The translations under genes were made by a program, and so were the position numbers. From NCBI GenBank assembly GCA_016789745.1, contig JAEUQF010000139.1, forward strand, positions 60,520 through 124,519: DNA of 64,000 bases, in the 5' to 3' direction. Shown piece after piece: positions 10,375-17,476 of the stretch. Each line of letters opens with the position of its first letter. The stretch's first letter is position 1. A model generated the notes under the pieces. It did not search any database, was not told where the DNA came from, and was given only the letters and a program-made list of their open reading frames with translations. This DNA is from Bryobacterales bacterium. Lineage in GTDB: Bacteria > Acidobacteriota > Terriglobia > Bryobacterales > Bryobacteraceae.

Positions 10375-10499
10375 GGCTCGCCCTCCTGCCCTGTCCCATC
10401 GCGGACATCGGCCTCTGAGTATGAGATTCGACAGCGGTCCAGGTGGTTTCAGGATCTGTTACAATTCCGCGCGCACGGTCACCCGGTTTACCATGAAAC

Positions 10500-11567
10500 G
10501 TGGATCTTCCCGTCCATCCGCCCATCCTTCCTATGCTTGCCAAAAGGGCCGAGACCCTACCCGAAGGGCCCGCCTGGATCTATGAACCCAAGTGGGATGG
10601 CTTCCGTACCCTGATCTTCCGCGATGGTGACGAAATCTACCTCCAAAGCCGCGACGCCAAACCGCTAAATCGTTATTTCCCAGAGCTGTTGCCCACCCTC
10701 CGCGAACAGCTCCCCACCCGTTGCGTCCTCGACGGTGAAATCGTCATCGCGCACGCCGGCGTCCTCGATTTCGACGCCCTTCAACTCCGCCTCCACCCCG
10801 CCGCCTCCCGCGTCCAGAAGCTCGCCGCCCAAATGCCCGCCTCCGTCGTCTTCTTCGACCTGTTATGTGAAGAAACACACGACTTTCGCCCCCAGCCCTT
10901 CTCCGAACGCCGCGCCCGTCTCGAACAGCTCCTGGCACACTGCCGCCCTCCCGTGCATCTCACCCCCGCCACTCGCGACCCGCTCCTCGCCGCCGACTGG
11001 TTTCGCCGCTTCGAAGGCGCCGGTCTCGATGGCGTCATGGCCAAGCCCGAAACCGGTACTTACCAACCCGACAAGCGGGTCATGATCAAGGTGAAACACG
11101 AGCGCGAATGCGACTGCGTGGTCGCCGGATTCCGCTGGCATAAGGACGGCGAAGGCACAGCCATCGGATCCCTGATGCTCGGCTTATTCGATGAGGCCGG
11201 GCTGCTCCAGCACGTGGGAGTTTGCGCCAGCTTTACCACCGCAAAGCGCAAGGAGTTAGTGGAATTCCTCACGCCCTATCGGGAAAATGCCCTCGAAAGC
11301 CACCCCTGGCGCGAGTGGGCGGGCCCGCAGCGAGTCCCCGGCATGCAAAGCCGGTGGAGCGCCGGCAAAGACCTCTCCTGGGAACCCCTGCGCCCCGAAT
11401 TGGTGGCCGAAGTCGCCTACGAACACATGCAGGGCACACGCTTCCGCCACATGGCCCACTTCCGCCGCTGGCGCCCCGACAAGCCACCGGCCGCCTGCAC
11501 CTACGCCCAACTGGAAGTCGTGCCGCCGCTCGAACTCGCTACGATTTTCGGCTCCGCTTCGACATAG
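10500..11567 (+). CDS. ATP-dependent DNA ligase (stand-alone LigD-ligase-domain / LigC-like)
   Basis: Reads PMLAKRAETLPEGPAWIYEPKWDGFRTLIF, containing the KxDG adenylation motif, plus later nucleotidyltransferase and OB-fold motifs. GTG start at 10500. Confidence 0.9.
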   Translation: MDLPVHPPILPMLAKRAETLPEGPAWIYEPKWDGFRTLIFRDGDEIYLQSRDAKPLNRYFPELLPTLREQLPTRCVLDGEIVIAHAGVLDFDALQLRLHPAASRVQKLAAQMPASVVFFDLLCEETHDFRPQPFSERRARLEQLLAHCRPPVHLTPATRDPLLAADWFRRFEGAGLDGVMAKPETGTYQPDKRVMIKVKHERECDCVVAGFRWHKDGEGTAIGSLMLGLFDEAGLLQHVGVCASFTTAKRKELVEFLTPYRENALESHPWREWAGPQRVPGMQSRWSAGKDLSWEPLRPELVAEVAYEHMQGTRFRHMAHFRRWRPDKPPAACTYAQLEVVPPLELATIFGSAST

Positions 11568-12837
11568 CTTCCCGCCACTCCCGCGTCGGATCGTCATCCG
11601 GATCCGGCGTCTCCTGCGCCGGCCGCTGCCCCTCCGGCACATGCCGCAGGTTCACCCGTATCCGCGTCCAGGTACTCGACCGCCCGCGCATCGAATCCAC
11701 CAGCACATCGTCCACCGCCAGCAGCGCCGCCGCCTCCGGATGCCGCTGCTTCCAGCGCTCCAACCCTGCCAGCGCCGCTTCCTTTGAAGGCGAGTTCGCG
11801 ATCGTCAACAACGGCATCTTCTGCCTCGGCGCCTTGGCCCGCTTGGACGGCATCACGCGCTTCGCCTCGCCCTCCATCTTGCGGAAATGCGGCGGCCACG
11901 GCGCGTCTTCCAATCCCGAAGCCTCATCCCTCGCGGCCCACTCCAGCAGCCTCTCCAGCGACCCCGCCGCCCCATCCATTCCCTCGTGCGGATTGCCCAG
12001 TTTCGCAAACCGTGCCGGCACCGTGAATACCGTGAACTCCGCCGGATCGCAGTCCGGCACCTCGCTCCAATCCAACGGCGTCGACACCCGCGCATCCGGC
12101 ACCGGACGCACCGAGTACGCCGAACACGTCGTCCGATCCTTCGCGTTCTGGTTGTAGTCCAGGAATACCCCGTGGCGCTCTTCCTTCCACCAACTCGACG
12201 TCGCCAGCTTCGGAATCCGCCGCTCCACCGCCCGCGACAACGCCAGCGCCGCCCGCCGCACTTCGGAAAACGTCCACTGCGGAAGAATGCGCACGTTGAT
12301 GTGCATGCCCCGCGATCCGCTCGTCTTCGGCCAGCCCTGCAGTCCAGCCTCCTCCAGCAGCGCCCGCACCTCCAGCGCCACCTGCCGCACGTCGGCCCAC
12401 GTCACCCCAGGCCCGGGATCCAGGTCGATCCGCAACTCATCGGGATGCTCCAGATCCGCCGACCGTACCGGGTGCGGATGCAGTTCGATACAGCCCAGGT
12501 TCGCTACCCACGCCAGCCCCGCCGCGTCGTCCACCACCAGTTCTTCGGCCGTCCGCCCCGAGGGAAATGACAGAGTCACCGTGCGCATCCACGACGGCAC
12601 GTCCGAAGGCGCGCGCTTCTGATAGAACGCCTCGCCCTCGGCGCCGTTCACAAATCGCCGCAGCACGATCGGCCGGTCCCGTATCCCCTGCAGCGCTCCC
12701 GGCGCCACGGCCAGGTAGTAGCGCACAATTTCCAGCTTCGAAAGCTTGGCTTCCCGCGTGAAGTATGGCTTGCCCGGATGCGTGATCCGCACCTCGCGCC
12801 CGTCGATCCGCAGCAGTTCGGCGTCGTCTTTGCCCAC
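11539..12837 (-). CDS. LigD-type polymerase/primase domain protein (AEP superfamily, Prim-Pol) with a ~130-aa basic C-terminal extension
   Basis: Reads ITHPGKPYFT...LSKLEIVRYYLAVAP...FYQKRAP...IELHPHP...DLDPGP...KTSGSRGMHINV...FLDYNQNAKDRTTCSAYSVRP. The 3' ends overlap the ligase gene by 29 nt. Confidence 0.9.
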   Translation of the reverse strand: MGKDDAELLRIDGREVRITHPGKPYFTREAKLSKLEIVRYYLAVAPGALQGIRDRPIVLRRFVNGAEGEAFYQKRAPSDVPSWMRTVTLSFPSGRTAEELVVDDAAGLAWVANLGCIELHPHPVRSADLEHPDELRIDLDPGPGVTWADVRQVALEVRALLEEAGLQGWPKTSGSRGMHINVRILPQWTFSEVRRAALALSRAVERRIPKLATSSWWKEERHGVFLDYNQNAKDRTTCSAYSVRPVPDARVSTPLDWSEVPDCDPAEFTVFTVPARFAKLGNPHEGMDGAAGSLERLLEWAARDEASGLEDAPWPPHFRKMEGEAKRVMPSKRAKAPRQKMPLLTIANSPSKEAALAGLERWKQRHPEAAALLAVDDVLVDSMRGRSSTWTRIRVNLRHVPEGQRPAQETPDPDDDPTREWREAMSKRSRKS

Positions 12838-12855
12838 TCGCCCAGACTACCCGAT

Positions 12856-13209
12856 TCAGGCCATCTGCGACATCCGCCGGCAATGCGACGCACACTGCTG
12901 GCAAGCCTCGGCACATTGCATCATCTTGGCGTCACCGCTGGCCAGCCGGTGGCAATCCTCGGCGCATGCCTCGCAGATCTCCGCGCACGTTTCGCAGTAG
13001 CGCTCATGAAAGTCCGACTGCCGTGCCATGAAGCCCGCGCTGGTAATGCACGCCTGCGCGCAATCGGCCAGCAGCGTCTGGTGGGCCCGCGAAGCATGCT
13101 CGCCGCCCATGCTCAGACAGTGCGCTGCCGTCGACAAACAGGTCGTGTGGCAATGCAGACAAGCTTCGATACAGGCCTGCAAGTCCGTGGAAGTATGTGT
13201 GTGGGTCAT
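12856..13209 (-). CDS. four-helix-bundle Cys-rich copper-binding protein (DUF326 family)
   Basis: From the internal ATG at 13209: MTHTHTSTDLQACIEACLHCHTTCL...CAQACITSA...CETCAEICEACAEDC...CAEACQQCASHC. This is the repeated C-x3-C-x2-C pattern of the family. Confidence 0.8.
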   Translation of the reverse strand: MTHTHTSTDLQACIEACLHCHTTCLSTAAHCLSMGGEHASRAHQTLLADCAQACITSAGFMARQSDFHERYCETCAEICEACAEDCHRLASGDAKMMQCAEACQQCASHCRRMSQMA

Positions 13210-13238
13210 GCCCGTAGAGCCCACAAACCGAACGCCCG

Positions 13239-13976
13239 TTACAGGTTCGGCGGCAGCAACAGCCGGTCCACGTATGTCATCGCAGCATCCACGTGCCGCT
13301 GCGCGTCTTGCAACGACCACAACCCGTGCCCCGGGAAGATCATGTCGTAGCTCAACCCCGCCAGCACCCGCAGGCTCTCGGCATACGCCCGCGTGTCGCA
13401 GTCATGCGTCGCCTGCAGCGCAATGCGCCCGCCATAAAACACCGTATCGCCCGGAAACAGCAGCGTCCGCCCGCGCTGCCGGAACACGTACGCCATCATG
13501 TCCTTCGAATGCCCCGGCGTGTGGATGGCCTCCACTTCCGTATCGCCGAACAGCAGTTTCTTCCCGCTCACCAAAATGCGCCCAACCGGACACGCCTCAA
13601 ACTTAAATTCCTTGGGATAGACACCCGCCTCGCGCCCCGCCGGCAGCGAAATCGCCTCCTCATCGCCAGCCTGCAGCACCCGTGCCGTCTCCTGTCCCGC
13701 CATCACCGGCATCCCCAGGTTGCGCTGCATCCACGCCGCGCCGCCCGCATGGTCCAGATGGTAATGCGTCAACAGCAGCCCGCCGATCTTGCGATCCGAC
13801 ACGCCGTCGCGCTCCAACTCCTCGATGATCCGCTCGGTTCCCTGCCCTACCCCAGCGTCGATCAGCCAATAGCGATCGCCGCAGCGCACCGCAAACGCGT
13901 TGCAATCATAAGGGCTCGTGAGCGACACGCCCAGTGAGCCAGAAGCAATCAGGTGAACGCCGTCGGCAATCTTCAT
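13239..13976 (-). CDS. MBL-fold metallo-hydrolase
   Basis: LLLTHYHLDHAGG carries the HxHxDH motif. The later motifs IHTPGHS and FPGHG are also present. Confidence 0.85.
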   Translation of the reverse strand: MKIADGVHLIASGSLGVSLTSPYDCNAFAVRCGDRYWLIDAGVGQGTERIIEELERDGVSDRKIGGLLLTHYHLDHAGGAAWMQRNLGMPVMAGQETARVLQAGDEEAISLPAGREAGVYPKEFKFEACPVGRILVSGKKLLFGDTEVEAIHTPGHSKDMMAYVFRQRGRTLLFPGDTVFYGGRIALQATHDCDTRAYAESLRVLAGLSYDMIFPGHGLWSLQDAQRHVDAAMTYVDRLLLPPNL

Positions 13977-14058
13977 CGGTGCGTTCTATTGTAGTCCGCG
14001 CCGGTGCCCCAACCGCCAAACCTTCAGGACGCCTTCGCTCCCGCCTCCGCGCCTCCAC

Positions 14059-14304
14059 TCACACCAGTCGCCCCAACCACCGCCCCATCGCCCTGCAACG
14101 GAATGCCTCCCGCGAAATCAAAATCCGCTCCCCCGGTTGGCTCTTTTTCGCCAGATCCTTCGTGGCTGCCACGCATTGTCCATTCGCACATGCGCCCACC
14201 AGGTCCCCTGCGTCCACACCGCGATGATCATGGGCTGATCCCTGGGAGCGCGCTTCGTTCTCCGCCGCGGCAATCCCCCACTTCGCGTTCGCAAGTGTCA
14301 CCAT
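14059..14304 (-). CDS. hypothetical small protein
   Basis: 81-aa ORF with AGGAGG 6 nt upstream of the ATG. It contains GACANGQC. No family recognised. Confidence 0.35.
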   Translation of the reverse strand: MVTLANAKWGIAAAENEARSQGSAHDHRGVDAGDLVGACANGQCVAATKDLAKKSQPGERILISREAFRCRAMGRWLGRLV

Positions 14305-14499
14305 TTCCGTCCTCCTGCAATACGTTCCTGCGTCATGCGCTTAGCCGCCGATAAGCGCCGATTCAAAACAAAGAGCCTATCTGCGTTCATCGGCGTTCAT
14401 CGGCGGCCCAGAGATGTTTTTCCACAGCTAGAGAGCATTCCCAACCGCCGGGGTTACCGAAAATCCAGAGTGGTATCCTGGCACAGCGTTAGAATCCAC

Positions 14500-14916
14500 A
14501 TGTCGGAACAACCTGCGCCTTACATCGCCTCCGGCCTGGTCGCTATGGTCCCGGTCGCCAACATCGAACGCTCTGCCAGCTTCTATGCCCACCTCGGCTT
14601 CGCTATCGGCAACCGCGTCCCGCAATCCGGTACCATGCACTGGGCCTGGTTGTACATGCCCGGCTTCCCCGATTGGCGCCGCGGGCCAAATCTCATGCTG
14701 ACCCGCTCGGACTGTCCCATCGAGCACGCCGTCTCCCGGCCTCTGTACTACCTCTACGTCGCCAACCTGCCTGCCCTTCACAACAGGCTCACCGCCGCCG
14801 GCCTGCAGCCCGGCGCCATCCACTATCCGGACTACCTGCCCAAGGGCGAGTGCGCCATCGAAGACCCCGAGGGCAACCGCCTCATGCTCGCCCAAAGCGA
14901 CACCGACACACCCTAA
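14500..14916 (+). CDS. VOC / glyoxalase-bleomycin-resistance family protein
   Basis: From ATG 14500: MSEQPAPYIASGLVAMVPVANIERSASFYAHLGFAIG...ECAIEDPEGNRLMLAQ, the typical beta-alpha-beta-beta-beta VOC pattern. Confidence 0.7.
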   Translation: MSEQPAPYIASGLVAMVPVANIERSASFYAHLGFAIGNRVPQSGTMHWAWLYMPGFPDWRRGPNLMLTRSDCPIEHAVSRPLYYLYVANLPALHNRLTAAGLQPGAIHYPDYLPKGECAIEDPEGNRLMLAQSDTDTP

Positions 14917-15461
14917 AACTCCCACCGACGCGTGCGATACAGCACGTGCCTTCGCAGCCAGTGCCCCTCCGGCACACGCGGGTGATCGAAGTCGCCAACA
15001 GCGTCGTGTACCAACCCGATCTTCTCCATCACCCGCCGCGAAGGCAAATTCGGCATCGCCGTAAACGACACCAAGTCCGTCAACCCCAGTTCTTCCCGGC
15101 CATGCCGCAGCATCGCCGCTGCACCCTCCGTCGCCAGCCCTCGATTCCAATACCGCGCCGCCAACCGCCACCCAATCTCAATACAGGGCGTGAAATGTGC
15201 CTCAAAAGACGGCACGCCCAAACCGATAAACCCGATCATCTCCCCCATCTCCCGCAACTCCACCGCCTAAAACCCAAAGCCGCGCTGCGCAACATGCAAC
15301 CGGTTCCGCGCCAACATGGCATCCGTCTCCGCCGCCGTCAACACACACGGAAAGTAGCGCATCACCGCCGCATCCGCATTGATCGCCACGAACGGATCCC
15401 GATCCGCGGGCGTCCAGTCCCGCATCACCAGACGTGGCGTTTCTATCACCGGCAAGCCCAT
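14913..15461 (-). pseudogene. GNAT (RimJ/RimL-like) N-acetyltransferase interrupted by one in-frame TAG
   Basis: The two adjacent ORFs are in the same frame: ...IETPRLVMRDWTPADRDPFVAINADAAVMRYFP...VAQRGFGF * AVELREMGEMIGFIGLG...GWRLAARYWNRGLATEGAAAML. The TAG at 15269..15267 sits where this family normally has Trp (TGG). Confidence 0.75.
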
Positions 15462-15497
15462 CCCAAGTAGCATAACCGGGCGCGATATACTCGTCAC

Positions 15498-17474
15498 TTG
15501 ACCCGCGCAAATCTGCTCCGTCTTCCTCTTTCCTTCGTCCTTGTCGCCGCTGCCTACGCCCAGGCCCCCCCCGGCATGGCCGCCTTCCGCACCCGCTGCG
15601 CCGGCTGCCACGGTACCGACGGCAACGGCGGCGAACATGCCCCTACCGTCTACCGCGCCGTCGCCGTCAACACCGACGACCAACTGCTCGCCATCGTCCG
15701 CGACGGCATCCCCGCCAAAGGCATGCCCGGCTTCAAGAGCCTGCCGGAGCCGGAGTTGAAGTCGCTGGTCGATGCCATGAAAGCCATGGCGCGCCGCGGC
15801 CGCCGTGGTCAACCCGTGCGCGTCAGCGTCACCCTCACCGACGGCTCCAAACTCGATGGCTTCTCGCTCGGCAGCGCCGCCACGGCCCGCGAAATGCAAC
15901 TGCGCACCGACGACCAGAAAGTGCACCTGCTCCGCAAAGCCGACGGCGACCGCTATCGCCGCGTCACCAGCCAGGCCGACTGGACCAGCATGCACCCCAT
16001 GGACGGCAATCGCTATTCGCCCCTCACTCAGATCACGCCCGCCAATGCCGGTAATCTGCATCTGAAGTGGGTCTATGCCGTGCCCAACTCCGGCCGCCTC
16101 CAGGGCACCCCGCAGGTCTACGACGGCGTGATGTACGTCACCGATACCAACCGCGTCATCGCCCTCGACGCCGGCTCCGGCGCCCGTATCTGGGAATATT
16201 CCCGCCCCTTCACCGAAGGCTTAATCGGCAACGCCCGCTCGCGCGGCAACAATCGCAGCGTCACCATCGCCGGCGACCGCGTCTTCATGCAGACCGACCA
16301 TGCCCACCTGGTCGCCCTCAACCGCCACACTGGCCAGATGCTCTGGGATACCGAAATGGCCGACTTCCGCAAGAACTACAACGCCACCGGCTCGCTGATG
16401 GCCGTCGAAGACCTGGTCGTAGCCGGCACCGCGGGCGGCGAAGAAGGCGTGCGCGGCTTCCTGGCCGCCTATGACCAGAAGACCGGCAAGGAAGTCTGGC
16501 GCTTCTGGACCATCCCCGCCAAAGGCGAGCCCGGCTCGGAAACCTGGGACGGCATCGACATCGATTTCGGCGGCGGCCCCACCTGGCTCACCGGCAGCTA
16601 TGACCCCGAAGCCAAGATCGTCTATTGGCCCACCGGCAACGCCGGGCCCGACTTCAACGGCGACAACCGTAAGGGCGACAACCTCTATACCTGCTCCATC
16701 CTCGCCCTGGATATCCGCACCGGAAAGCTCAAGTGGCACTTCCAGGCCACCCCGCACGACGAATGGGATTGGGATGCCGTGCAGCCGCTGGTACTGGTCG
16801 ACACCACCTGGAAAGGCCAGCCCCGCAAGCTGCTGCTACAGGCCAATCGCAACGGCTTCCTTTACGTCCTGGACCGCCTCTCCGGCAAGATGCTCCTCGC
16901 CTCCCCGCTGGTGAAAAAGCTCACCTGGGCCAAGGGGATTGCTGCCGACGGCCGTCCCATCATGAATCCCAATTCCGTGCCTACGCCCGAAGGCCAGCTC
17001 ATCTGCCCCGCCGTCGAAGGCGCCGCCAACTTCTTCTCCACTTCCTGGAATCCGGCTACCAAGCTCTTCTACGTGAACACGCTCGAACGCTGCGCCGTCT
17101 ACACCAAGCGCGTCACGCCAGCCTGGGAAGCCGGCAAAGCCTACATGGGCGGCGGCGGCCGTCGCGACCCCAACGACAAGCCCCAGAAATTCCTTCGTGC
17201 CTTCGATATCGAAACCGGCAAGGTGGTCTGGGAGATCCCGCAGTTCGGCCCCGGCGACACCTGGACCGGTACACTCACCACCGCCGGCGGCATCGTCATC
17301 TATGGCGATGACGCCGGAGCCCTCGGCGCCGCCGACGCCAAGACCGGCAAGAAGCTGTGGAGCTTCCCATTCACCGAGAACCTCCACACCTCGCCCATGA
17401 CCTACCAGTTCGACAACAAGCAGCACGTCGGGATGATCGTCGGTAGTGTGGTCTACAGCTTCGGCCTGCCGTAA
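15498..17474 (+). CDS. PQQ-type beta-propeller dehydrogenase with N-terminal cytochrome c domain
   Basis: TTG start and signal peptide. CAGCHGTDGNGG carries the CxxCH haem motif. A quinoprotein propeller follows (NRYSPLTQI...LKWVY...GTPQVYDGVMYV...W..D). It resembles the acidobacterial 'empty quinoprotein' group. Confidence 0.85.
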   Translation: MTRANLLRLPLSFVLVAAAYAQAPPGMAAFRTRCAGCHGTDGNGGEHAPTVYRAVAVNTDDQLLAIVRDGIPAKGMPGFKSLPEPELKSLVDAMKAMARRGRRGQPVRVSVTLTDGSKLDGFSLGSAATAREMQLRTDDQKVHLLRKADGDRYRRVTSQADWTSMHPMDGNRYSPLTQITPANAGNLHLKWVYAVPNSGRLQGTPQVYDGVMYVTDTNRVIALDAGSGARIWEYSRPFTEGLIGNARSRGNNRSVTIAGDRVFMQTDHAHLVALNRHTGQMLWDTEMADFRKNYNATGSLMAVEDLVVAGTAGGEEGVRGFLAAYDQKTGKEVWRFWTIPAKGEPGSETWDGIDIDFGGGPTWLTGSYDPEAKIVYWPTGNAGPDFNGDNRKGDNLYTCSILALDIRTGKLKWHFQATPHDEWDWDAVQPLVLVDTTWKGQPRKLLLQANRNGFLYVLDRLSGKMLLASPLVKKLTWAKGIAADGRPIMNPNSVPTPEGQLICPAVEGAANFFSTSWNPATKLFYVNTLERCAVYTKRVTPAWEAGKAYMGGGGRRDPNDKPQKFLRAFDIETGKVVWEIPQFGPGDTWTGTLTTAGGIVIYGDDAGALGAADAKTGKKLWSFPFTENLHTSPMTYQFDNKQHVGMIVGSVVYSFGLP

Positions 17475-17476
17475 CG

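Noticed and set aside
9841-10418. Remainder of ORF 9363..10418, and an alternative frame reading ...GYARLGWQWSGTEYGIVARDNYLIGGEAAMEFWKWTDAIFTG*
   Set aside because: Neither frame shows the YxN or KTG motifs of the serine-hydrolase family. The alternative frame looks protein-like, but I could not tie it to any family, so it is left unannotated.
15474-16061. Upstream part of ORF 15267..16061
   Set aside because: It is antisense to the quinoprotein gene. Only the last ~64-68 codons (the GNAT N-terminus) are real.
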